Source of the DNA: Mustelus asterias
Taxonomy: Eukaryota
Direction: 5' to 3'
NCBI RefSeq assembly: GCF_964213995.1
Contig: NW_027590140.1
Span: 1 to 64,000, forward strand
Length of the DNA: 64,000 nt
The position numbers and the translations under genes were made by a program. The notes beneath the pieces were generated by a model. It saw only the letters and a program-made list of their open reading frames with translations, was not told the DNA's origin and ran no database searches. Positions 25,956 to 37,459 of the stretch are shown piece by piece (position 1 is the first letter of the stretch; every line of letters starts with the position of its first letter).

Positions 25956-27295
25956 GTACAGTAATTTTACTACTTATTCATTGTGAATATAATTGTCTAA
26001 TATTTTCTCTCATATCTGACGTTACTCTATCACTTCTGTCATATATAAGAACTGCTTCTAGACAGCAGGTATATTCTTTTCCCTCATTAATCGGGCAATA
26101 TTTGGCTTTTAATGGGACACTCAATGCAGCTGAGATAGTATCATTTTCCCACTTCAATCGTTTTCACGCTCTGAACAACAACATAACTTATCCCTTTTAT
26201 TGACACAATTACACTACATTATTAGTGACTTTTCTCCACTTTTATGGTGTAATTTCTTCACTGAACCACAAAGGTTGCTTAACGTGCTGTTATACTATCG
26301 TCCCATGATGAGTATCATTGTATCCTTGCAATTGTGTATTTCTTCTATTTATTACTTCCAGCTCAAGGTATAAAGATAATTCTTTTATATTGGCGACAGA
26401 ATTTCTCTCGGTGAACTATTGGTGGTCATTGAAGTTTAATTGAGTTTCAATTGCATACTTGTCATTGTTGCTATGTGGGCGTTGTTGCACCTGCTCAATG
26501 TTACCATCGCGCACCTTGGTCCCAGCGCTTGAATGTGGAAGCTTTCTGCCAAATAGCTGAAATTGTCCATGACTATTTTATTAATTGGCTTCTGGCTTAA
26601 TTATCATGGCTCAAATATGGCAGCCTTGGAAGTGCAACAATGTTATATTGCTCGAGCCCTGGAAGAGCACATGAAACTAGAACCTTCCAGGTCTGAAGCG
26701 AGGGTACTGCTGACTGACCTGCAATGAGATATTTACATGTTGAGTTTCTTTATTGGTTTATGCAAATTATTGATATATTAGTTTGTGATCATTATCAATC
26801 AGGAGTCGAGCTCTTCCCAAGCAAATGGGTCGTTTATATTTCAGTCATCGTTTCTTTCTGTTTTTATTTTGTGTGAAACATTTCCCTTCTTTAACACTCA
26901 ATGTCATATATTGTCTTTCTGCCCAATTCCTTGGTCAATATAGTAATAGAGCCCATTCGAATTCGCAATGATTCGCAATGACTCTTCTTATCTTTGTTCT
27001 TCTCTACAATTTGAGACAGATGATAATTAATTGTATTTCCTGCCAATGATCTGCAAAGTACCAAGTTCAGTGTCCGCCATATGAGAGAAACAAAAATCTT
27101 CCTAATATTGCAGCAACATGCCAGCAGCTGTGTGCATTGAGTGGTTTTATTTCCTCCAGTTACGAGGCAGGTAATCCACCTGATATGCTAAAACTGCTCT
27201 CTCTGCGATGATTTCCCGACTTCTGAGTCATTGCAATATTTTATGTTCTGTCCTTATTTTCTAGCATTATTCACATGCTGTTTTTCCTGTCACAG

Positions 27296-28203
27296 CTAAT
27301 TTGGCAGTGACTGTGATCCTACCTCGAGGAAGATGTGGCCTTTCCAAATGTATCACTTATTACCTGGTATTCATGGCTGTAACGGATCTCCTCGTAATCA
27401 TCACTGCTGTGATAGTTAACCGGATTATAGGTATTTATTTCCAATTCAGTTTCCTGTCCATCACTCCGGTCTGTCGTGTTAGTCTTATGCTGATTTATGG
27501 GGTCAGGGATTCATCTGTCTGGGTCACCGTCGCGTTCACCTTTGATCGATTTGTTGCGATTTGTTGTCAGAAACTGAAAACCAAATTTTGCACAGAAAAA
27601 ACAGCAGCTGTGGTTATTGGAACTGCCTGCGCTCTGAACAGTGTAAGAAATATCCCGCTGTACTTTATCTATGAGCCTGCATTTTTCATCGATGAGACAC
27701 CATGGTACTGCAACTTAAAAACAACATATTACACAACAGCTGCTTGGGTCTCATTTGACTGGATTTTCGTCATCTTAAATCCTTGTCTTCCATTCATTTT
27801 GATTTTACTGTTTAATGCACTGACCGTAAGGCACATCGTTATAGCCAACAGAGCCCGGAGCAGACTCTTGGATCAAAGCAATGCAGAGAATCAGAGGGAC
27901 CCTGAAGTGGAGAAGAGGCGAAAGTCGATTGTTTTACTCTTCTGTGTCTCTGGAAGTTTCATCTTGTTATATTCGTTAGTAATTACAACTTTTCTCTGTG
28001 TCCAAATTGCGAACGTTAGCTATTACTCGGGCACCAATTACAATCAATCGAATTTTATTCTGGACGAAGGTGGGTATATGCTTCAGCTGTTGAGTTCCTG
28101 CATTAACCCATTCATTTACGCAGGCACCCAGAGTAAAGTAAGGGAGGAGTTAAAGATTTGGCTGACATACCCATTCTGTCTGATATTTAAACGATTGAAA
28201 TAA
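27296..28203 (+). CDS. GPR139-like GPCR paralogue B, exon 2; join(25886-25955,27296-28203), 325 aa
   Basis: Acceptor tttttcctgtcacag|CT. Intact frame with YYLVFMAVTDLL, AFTFDRFVAICC and INPFIY; AATAAA about 25 nt after the stop. Confidence 0.9.
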
Positions 28204-28237
28204 TCCTAATAGACATAGAAATAATGCGAATAAAACA

Positions 28238-28555
28238 TGAATCATACAGTGCAGAAGGAAGCCATTCGGCCCATCGAGTCTGCAGGAACACAATTCCACC
28301 CAGGCCCTATCCCCATAACTCTATGCATTTACCCTAGTTAGCCCTCCTGACACGAAGAGGCAATTTAGCATGGCCAATTTGCCTAACCCGCACATTTCTG
28401 GACTGGGGAAGGAAACCTGCGCACCCGGAGGCAACCCACGCAGACACGAGGAGAATTTGTAAACCCATGCAATCAGTGACCCAAGCCGGGATTCGAACCC
28501 AGGCCCCTGTTGCTGTGAGTCAGCACTGCTAACTTCTGTGTCACCGTGCTGCCCA
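28238..28555 (-). mobile_element. HE1-type SINE just 3' of paralogue B
   Basis: Same head, core and tail as the other HE1 copies. Confidence 0.88.
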
Positions 28556-31277
28556 ACATCATGTGACATTCATTGCTTTTGCTGTTCATTTTACACGTGA
28601 CCTCTACAATGGGCTGTGTTCTTGCTCTCTCTCGCTTTTTCTTTCCTCTGTGGTCCAAGGTGCCTGAATTGGCGGCGGTTCATGATGTCCATGAAGGCAA
28701 GACATCAGAAAGGCAAGTACTCATTAAAGAAGGGAAATGTGTTGGGAAACATGGGGGCTATGCTCTCACCATCTGAAACTAGCACATCATGCCACATGCA
28801 TTAATTCGCACGACCTGGAATTTGGGAAGGTGCCTAAAATTCTAACTTACGGTAATCTATCTGAATCTCACCAATGTCAAATGCCACAAACTCACTCGTC
28901 TTTAATCCCATCATTCTTCAAGGCTCAGTGAGGTTTACAAACTGCAGGTTGCCCTTTTCCTGCTTTGCTGCCCCCGGCAGATTTTCTCTTGGAAAGAGCG
29001 CGATGAACTATGATGACGAAGGAGAGAGTAAAATTAATGCAGAGAGTAACAGTGAGACAGTGAGGAACAGCGACCAATTCAGGATAGATAGTGAGTGCCG
29101 GGAGAGTCCTCGTCACTTTATAAACAGGGCAGAGATCTGTAAATGGAGATGTGTTCCTTATCCACATTTAAAACATAGTTCTCATTGCCACCAGTTACAG
29201 CTCACAATCTCTGTTCAGTCCTATGTTTGGGGGGAGGGCGGGGACAGGGGGTTGGAGTTGAATGGTATTTAGTGTGGGATCGGTGTTTATCTTTTCTAAA
29301 ACAACAGTGAGATTTCCAACAAGAGTAACAAGGGCAAGATGTGATAGTTCTTAAAAATGTAAAAAAAATATAAACAGCAGCAGGTAGAAGTGATCAGGCC
29401 TCGCAACTTCAAGTTAGTGATTTTCCAGTATTTCTCACTTTATGAATTGCTTCTTTCACGTTCCTGAAATATTGGAGGCAATTCATTGTCTCGGGCCCTT
29501 CACTGTAAATAGCATCTGTAAACAAATTGACACTACAATCAGCCAAAAACCTGAATGTCCATTCAAACCTCTCCCTCACATATGCTTGCAAAGCTTACTC
29601 AGGTTTCCAGAGTCATTTATCAGATAGAAACATCTTCCCCCAGCGTCTTATGAACAACACATTTTCCACAGACCAAACTGTTAAAAACATTCCCAAGAGT
29701 TTTTGTTTAACTCTCTTATTAAATTCTTTGCAGGTCCTGTCACTGCATGAGAGAGAAACACAGTTCAGGGAGAGAGGCTTTCACCGTTTTTCAATCGTAA
29801 CCCCAAACGGAAGTTTCCCATTGCAGACAAAGATAATACAATGGCTTATACACAGAACGACATATAGAGAGAGGCACACTGGCACACAACAACTGTCATA
29901 AACGAAGAGGTATACAGCGAAAGAGATACAAACGGAAATACAGAGAGACATGCAGATAAAAAAGTAGAAAATAGGAACAGAAGAAGTCTATTCGGCCCTG
30001 TGATCCTGCTCCGCCTGCATCAAACTAAGTAAAACCTGCTCCCCAAACGCCCCCCCCTCCCCTACCACCATTTACCCTTTGATTCCAAGGTTGTATACAA
30101 CTCCTTCGTGATGACAAGAAAGGCTTTAGCCTCGACGGATTACTGTCGTCGTGAATTGCATCGGCTCACCAATCTATTGGTGAAGGAGTATTTGCTCGTC
30201 TCAGTCCAAAATGTTTTTATCTGGCATCCTTCAACATTGATCCGTGGTTCTGGATGACCTTGCCATGGGAGCATCCTTCCAGCCTGTACCATGTCCAGCC
30301 CTGTTAGAAATTTACAGATTTATACGGCATCCTCCTCTCCCAGTCTACATTCTTCTGAACTCCCATGAATGTAATCCTGACCGATTTTTTTATCCACTCG
30401 TGGGACATGTGGGGGAGTCCGGATCCACGTGTCATCCTCTAAGGATAATGGGTAAACATTTTAGTACTGAGATAAGGAGAAATCTTTTCACGCAGAGAGT
30501 GGTAAGCCTGCGGATTTCGTGGTGGAGGTGATGACATTATATGTTTGCAGGAAGGAATTAGATATACCAACTATGGCATCGTTACTGAAGTGTCGTCGTT
30601 GTTGCATTTACTTAGCATGCAAAGGATGCTCGTTCAAAAGTGGGTTAACAAATTAACATGCGTGATTTTAAATTCAAAGGGGGTTAAGCAACACTAATCA
30701 TAAATATAATCACATTCCTGAATCAGCTCTACGGTGAGTGAGACAGAGACAAGCATCAGAATGTTACCCCGCAATCTCCAATCACCCACTGCCACCAGAT
30801 AGCGGCGACTGCAGCTTCAATCAGCGGGTGGCTCCCCATCCCTGCGACAACAGCAACCCAGGACAATCCTCTCAATACACCGAGCACAGGCTCAGGAAAA
30901 CACAGGTAGATGATAAAACGGCTCACTGAACGTCCGAGCTGCATTTACACAATACCGGAGTGTGTGAGTCACAAAAAAAAGCCACAACAACTTTCTTAAA
31001 ATTTTCGGTGTAAAATTCCTCAATTTGATTTAAAAGCTGAGTGTTGTGAATCTGCAATGAGCGCCAATGAATCTGTCTTACCCAGTGATTTGTTTCCCAT
31101 TGGTTTTCCGCCTGGTTTGCAATTCGATTTTTGTTGGAGATTGAAGTGAATCTCATTTCAAAATGAGAACACAAAGGAGGAAAATATGAATCCAGGAATA
31201 ACTCCTGAGTAAAATGGTTCACAATGCTTGGAACAAGGTGCAGCTGTGAATGATGTTATTGATGATTGAGTTGGAAG

Positions 31278-31482
31278 TACAGTAAGTAGTCTCACAACAC
31301 CACGTTAAAGTTCAACAGGTTTATTTGGTGGCACGAGCTTTCGGAGCTCTGCTCCGACATCAGGTGAAGGAGTTGCGCTCCGAAAGCTCTTGCTGCCAAA
31401 TGAACCTGTTGGAATTTAACCTGGTGTTGCGAGAATTCTTACTGTACCTACCCCAGTCCAACGCTGGCAACTCCACATCATG
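31278..31482. mobile_element. Inverted (palindromic) Penelope pLTR pair with mutated minimal hammerhead motifs
   Basis: Arms 31278-31362 and 31363-31446 are reverse complements and match the 3' repeat of the Penelope copy at 55121-55210. Confidence 0.8.
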
Positions 31483-31958
31483 ACTTGAAGGTCCTGTAGC
31501 CTTGGGCTTCTGGTGGTCAATTCTATTCTCTACCGTTTAATTTCTCCCTGCCGTAAGAGGCATGGATTCATTTTACTTTTTCGTAGGAGAAAGGGAATAC
31601 CCCCCACACACAGCAACCATGTGGAAACAAAATAACGGAAGGCACTTGTATGGAATTGTAAACGATGTGGTCATGCTGTCGTTCTGGATCAGCTTTTGCA
31701 GCAATAGAATTTGCTCGAATCTGTAGAGAAATGATTAACGCCCTAATTTAAGATACCTGTTGCAGCTCGGCTATTGAAAGAACGATTGGTAGTTCGAAAT
31801 AATCCAGGGACGGAAATTCTACTGTTTTCTCCCCAGCAGCATTCATACGCAAACATTTGCGGGTTGGTAATGGGTCCGTGGCCGCCCTTAAAAATGTCTC
31901 CCAGCGTTACCAACGTTATTTAATTCATAAATGTTCATTGTATACATGTTAAATGAAG

Positions 31959-31987
<29 letters not shown>
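31959..31987. repeat. (TA)n microsatellite
   Basis: Direct inspection. Confidence 0.95.
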
Positions 31988-31991
<4 letters not shown>

Positions 31992-32029
31992 TATGCTATT
32001 AAACGTAAGATTCAGTGTTGAAACATTAA

Positions 32030-32960
32030 TTCGTGGCTGAGCATTTGTTTAAGTTCGATATTCCCGCCTGCTTCCCTTCGTTGCTGGACAGAAGAAATCT
32101 GTCTATCGCACAATGAAATGTGTTCAATGATGGAGCATCCAGAACCTTCTGGAAGAGAAAATGCCAACGATTCCCAACATTTTGAGTGGAGTAATTTCTC
32201 GTCATCGCTTCTCAGCCTTTTGGCTAAGATCAAGTGCAGCATCGACATGCTGTACTTGGTTGAAGCCACAAGGTTACATTGTAGCTTCATTTGAAGCATT
32301 TTTTAAAAGCAGCATCTCGGCCTTTTGGCTGAGATGCAAATGAGATCAAGCCTTGGAGCAGGTGCAATGCCTACTCCAATCAGCTTGGATCCTATAGATC
32401 AAGTCCAAGATAGGAGGTGAGATCCCTGTCTTGTCAGCTTGGACCGGGTATGTATCACTTGCTGCGACACTGAATTGGACTTTGATTGGATTGAATTGGA
32501 TATATAACCAACAAAACTATTCTCCTCATCTCAGTCCTAAATGTCCTAAAGTCTTTGTCCCTTATCCTGAGACTGTGTCCCATATTTTAAATCATTTGAG
32601 AATGCGAATGACATCTCAGAATGCATCCGATTTATTCCATTCATTCTTGTGTATGTTTCAATGAGATAGTATATCATTTTGCTGAACTCCAGAGAAATTG
32701 AGCCCAATTTACCCGATCTCGCATGATAGGACAACCCCTTCATCTCAGAGAATAGCCCAGTGAAGTTTTGTTGTACTGTCTCCATTAGATGCACATCCTG
32801 TCTTAAATGTAAAACACCAAAAATGCACACAATATTCCAAATGAGGGATTGGCAATACCCGGAGCAAATGCAGCAAGGCTTCAAAGGTTACGAAACTTGA
32901 CTCCGTACAAAAGACTGAAAGGAGAGCGTGACTGCGAATAATTGGCACTGTGCAACTTCC
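32030..32960 (-). mobile_element. Decayed CR1 3' end interrupted by the U2-headed element
   Basis: PHLEYCVHFW and METVQQNFTGL..MKGLSY peptides. The host sequence resumes at 32520. Confidence 0.75.
32204..32519 (+). mobile_element. U2 snRNA-headed SINE-like retroposed element
   Basis: U2 nt 1-40 at 32204-32243 (37/40 identical); second U2 head at 32312-32335; two hairpin units; (TGAAT/TGGAT) repeats; A-rich tail; flanking direct repeat ttctc(g/c)tcatc at 32196-32206 and 32520-32530. Confidence 0.7.
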
Positions 32961-33522
32961 TGTAATCTGCATCTTGGAGAATTAGGAAGATAAGATCCTG
33001 GTGTCTCTATCCCCTGTCATCTGTGAACTCCCTCTCTTCACACAACGTTGTGTCCTATAATCCCCGATCCTCCCTCCAACTATCTGGGTCTGCCACAAGA
33101 AGCTAATTGATCCGAGGAGCTGGACGGTCAGAGGGAGCAGAAGGAGAGGCAGCAACAGAAACGTAAAGAGATGTGACATTAAAATGTTTAACATATGATC
33201 TGCGTCAATTGCTTTCAGTGACCGATGTCTGCCTTGTGTTGCCTCATACGTATCACATGAGCTGCAATGATGAGGTTGGTGAGACTTAGAAATTGAAAGT
33301 TACATATCAGCAGCTTATGGGACTATTTCATCGCACTGCTAATTTCATGTTCCAGTTAACAGCATTCGTGTTTCCACTGGCTAAGAAGTCAATTTTGCTC
33401 AGCTTAAACTTGACAATTTCAAGGAGAAACTTGTTTCTGGGGAAAAAAAGTCTGAAAAGAAAATGAAAGTCAAAGGTTTCAATTATCAATTAGATATTCG
33501 AAAAAATCAGCACCTCGTATTT

Positions 33523-33594
33523 TACCTAGTGGTCTCGTGGTTAGGATGCAGCGCTTGCACCGTTACTGCTTGGGTTCGATTTCTTGTCAGGGCA
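33523..33594 (+). pseudogene. tRNA-Glu pseudogene
   Basis: 72 nt, tacctagtggtctcgtggttaggatgcagcgcttgcaccg...gggttcgatttcttgtcagggca, aligns to tRNA-Glu. Stems and anticodon are mutated. Confidence 0.75.
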
Positions 33595-34047
33595 AGCAAC
33601 TTTATTATTGTGCATCAACCATTATTGATTTTGTGGTCAGTACCAGTAAGGGAGATGCACGACTTTGTGCTTGAGTTGGAAATGTCACGTTCAGAAGATC
33701 AAGAACAGGAAAAGGACAGTGATCGGCTGCAAAGCGCTGACGATAGAGATGGCAATACAAGGTAAAATCTGGCCAATAATGCGTAGATTTTATTTTTTCC
33801 ACTGACAGAAGTATAGCACAGATCTCGGTCCAAATATGATGCTAAATGATTTAAAAACAAACCTCTAGCTGAATTAAGCACCAAACATTTCGGCTTCCAA
33901 TGGAGGACAGGCAGTTTTCATTCAGAAACCAGTAACTGAGGGTTTCACAAAGCAGCACGGGGAAATACCCAGTTTGAGTGGTGACACTGCCGGAGGAATG
34001 GAGAGCTGGAATTCACACAGGAAAACAGAAAAGTTTAAAAACACTGA

Positions 34048-34119
34048 CGCCCAAAGTGGGCCTCAAACCCACGACCTTAACATTAAGAGTTTCTGCTTTA
34101 CCGACTGAGCTCGCTAAGC
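34048..34119 (-). pseudogene. tRNA-Lys(CTT) pseudogene
   Basis: Reverse complement gcttagcgagctcagtcggtaaagcagaaactcttaatgttaaggtcgtgggtttgaggcccactttgggcg. Confidence 0.8.
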
Positions 34120-35231
34120 ACATTGCGTCAGCGGCGTTTCAAAATGTGCTTTTCCATCTGGCATCTCAGATTGTTCAAATTTCAAAGTGGGGAATATGTT
34201 CCACGTAGGTTACAATGCATTCTTCTCAATTATCATTAACATTATTCACATCTTACTCTTCTATGCTGCACCTCCCTCCAAAGTTTACAAACTCCTCTTA
34301 CATAGTTCATCTTCATTATTTTTGTCAGAAACATTTTGTCAGACACATGACCTGCTGACATGAAGGGTAAACCAGCAGGAAGATTGGCAGAGGCGGGAAC
34401 TGAGGCCGAATCACCACAGACACTAGAAATTGAAAAAATACCTTAGCTCGTCCAGCCACACTGCCACCATGACATCACCTTAACCATTGTTTTGACTGCA
34501 CTGATTAGCGTATGGTTAACATGGACAGAGGTGGGTCATTTGGCCCCTCGGGCATTCTCAGCTACTTAATAAGAAATGTCCTGAACTTTTACACTGTTCT
34601 GTTTACCTTTGTATAGCATATTAATCTGAAGCTACACAACTAAGGTGAATATCCCTGAAGGATGATAATTAAGTTCTGAAACGTTAACTCTGTTTCTGTC
34701 TCGACTTGTTGAGTTGATCCAGCATTTTCTGTTTTTATTTCGGATTTCCAGCGTATGCAGTATTTTTGTTTTTTATCAGATGAATAAATAACAGCCGATG
34801 TTGATCTGGGACTATGGTGACTTTATTTGCCATGACCTCATTAAATGGTGGAGGAGGCTCAATGGGATACATGACTTTGTCTTACTCCATTAATTCTGTT
34901 TCCTGGCAGCCCAGATATGACACCATTTGCTTCCTGTGGTAGCGTTGCTGGGTCGTCTAAGGCACTGAATCCAGCGTAATAATAACGGGGAAATATTGGA
35001 ATCTAATCATATCACTTTCAAATGTTAATTTACTTTAAAAGTCATGGAATACAATTCGTTGATCAAGTCAGCAGAAAATAACGCCACAGGGTGTATCATT
35101 ATTCATTTTGATAGGAGGAAACGGGAGGACCATTGTAAATATAACTTCATGTGGACAAGAGACGGGCTTGTGGAACCAGTTTACTTTCCCCTCCAGAAAA
35201 CAGCACTTGCTTCAGGTAACAATATTGCAGT

Positions 35232-35305
35232 GCTTCTGTAGTGTAATGGTTGTCACGTTTGACTTACACGCGGAAGAACCCCCACTTCGAAACTGATCAG
35301 AAGCA
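35232..35305 (+). pseudogene. tRNA-Val pseudogene
   Basis: gcttctgtagtgtaatggttgtcacgtttgacttacacgcggaag...ttcgaaactgatcagaagca aligns to tRNA-Val. Confidence 0.75.
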
Positions 35306-35967
35306 TTTCCATACATTTTTAATGTCAATGCCATTCGGATTTCATTAATGGTCACCAACTTTACTGAGCTGCAGAGCACTTGTTGCATTTTCTAATTGTG
35401 AACTCAGGAATCACTCGGCAACAAAAATAAAACAAGAAGGAAGGTCAGTGATAGAGAGCAAGGCAAGGTAGATTAATTGTCACAAGGAATGATGGACAAG
35501 GCAAAATTGAGCTGGTGATTCAGAATAAGGAAATGCTGGAAAAACAGGTCAGGCAGCATTTATGAAGAAAGAAGAGAGCCAAGGTTGAAACGTTATTCCA
35601 CAGATGCTGTCTGCCCTGCTGAGTTATTCCGGCATTTTCTGTTTGCATTTCAAGTTCCAGCATCCGCAGTATTTTGCCTTGATCCTTTGAGCTGGTGATG
35701 GTGGAGCCTGGGCGGTCTCATGGTTCAGAGTCAATGCTTCCCCCGCAAAGGCCGCGCTCAATCACAAACTGTTAAATAAACAGTGCATTTTGAAAGTGAA
35801 AGTTGTTCTGTACCAATAGGTGAACGGATCTGAACACAAGAGGTATTTTCTGTAATTGGTTGCAACATGACAGAATGAATGTCTTACAATGTCCACAGCT
35901 CAAGAGGCTTGAACTGATGCAACGAGTAGAAAGATGTTCAACTAATTGCAAATCTCTTGCATGTGCT

Positions 35968-36030
35968 TCCCTCTGAGTCTCGTGGTCAGGATTCGGCACT
36001 GTGACCCGGGCTTAATTTCCAGTCATGGAA
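35968..36030 (+). pseudogene. tRNA-Glu-like pseudogene with internal deletion
   Basis: tccct....gtctcgtggtcaggattcggcact...cccgggctta.tttccagtcatggaa. Confidence 0.5.
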
Positions 36031-36229
36031 TTAATAACTTTTTATTTAGTTCTTCATTAAGTGGAAACACGCCTCTGCGAACGGAGTAACAAATTAATCT
36101 TCGAACTGGGGAAACGTGTATCAGAGCTGGAAAATCAGAGATGTAACATGAACAAAAAGCTCTGAAGAAGAATCACACAACAGACACATGGCAGGCAGTG
36201 ATCATTTAATGTGATTTACACGATTTGTG

Positions 36230-36505
36230 GACTTCCACACCTAGGTCCCTCTGTGTTTCTATACTCTTGATGGCTCCCCCCTTCATTAGTTCTTCCAAAA
36301 TGCACCACTTCGCATTTACCTGGATTAAATTCCATCTGCCATTTCTCCGCCCAATTTTCCAGCCTATCTATATCCTGCTGTATTGTCCGACAATGTTCAT
36401 CGCTATCCGCAAGTCCAGCCAACTTCGTGTCATCCGCAAACTTGCTGATAACACCAGTTACCCCTTCTTCCAAATCATTTATATACATCACAAATAGCAG
36501 AGTTT
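36230..36505 (-). mobile_element. CR1 RT fragment
   Basis: YINDLEEG..ISKFADDTKL..LENWAEKWQMEFN. Confidence 0.9.
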
Positions 36506-37459
36506 TCTCTGACTGAACCTTACCTGTTTAAGTAGTTAAAGTGCTGAAGTTTTAAATAATAAGACACCAGGATACGTCACCCTGTTTGATATGAAATGAA
36601 ACAAAATGAGAGTAAATCATTTCATAAAATTTTGCTGATGCAAAATATATTTCATTGCCAAGGCCAGTATTTGTTGGCCATCCCTCTTTCCCCTTCAACT
36701 GAATATTTTGCTGGGCCATTTCATAGCATATTTAACAGTCATAGATTCATAGAATCATACAGGTTTAAAATGTGGAAACAGGCCCTTCGGCCTAGCATGC
36801 CCATGCCACCCTTTTTTAATGATTAAGCTAGTCCCAATTGCCCGCGCTTGGGACATATCCCTCAACAGCCATAATATCCATGTAACCGCCTAAACCCTTT
36901 TTAAAAGGCAAAATTGTACCTTTCTCTACTGCTACCTCCGGCAGCTTGTTCCAGACACTCACCATCCTCTGTGTGACAAAATGCCCATCTGCACTCCTTT
37001 GTATCTCTCCCCTCTCACCTGAAAACTATGCTCTCTAGTTTTAGACTCCGCCACCTTTGGAAATATATATTGACTATGGAGCTGATCTCTGCCCTTCAAT
37101 ATTTTATAGACCTCTCGAAGATCACCCCGAAGCATCCTCCGCTCGAGAGAAAAAAGTCCCAGTCGATCCAGCCCGTCTTTGTAACTCAAACCATCAAGTC
37201 CCGGTAGGATCCTCGTAAATCCTTTCTGCACTGTTTCCAGTTCAATAATATCGTTTCTATGATAGGGTGACCGGGACTGTACTCAATATTCCAAGTGTGG
37301 CCTCACTTGTCTTGTACAACTTCAAGCAGACGTCCCAACTCCTGAATTCAATGTTTCGACCAATGAAACCAAGCATACCGAATACCCACTTCACCAATCT
37401 GTCCGCCTGTGACTCCACTTTCAATGAGATGTACCCCTGGATCTATTTGTTCTATAACT

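Noticed and set aside
32204-32243. Functional U2 snRNA gene
   Set aside because: Only the first 40 nt are present, the branch-point pairing region is mutated, and there is no Sm site or 3' stems.
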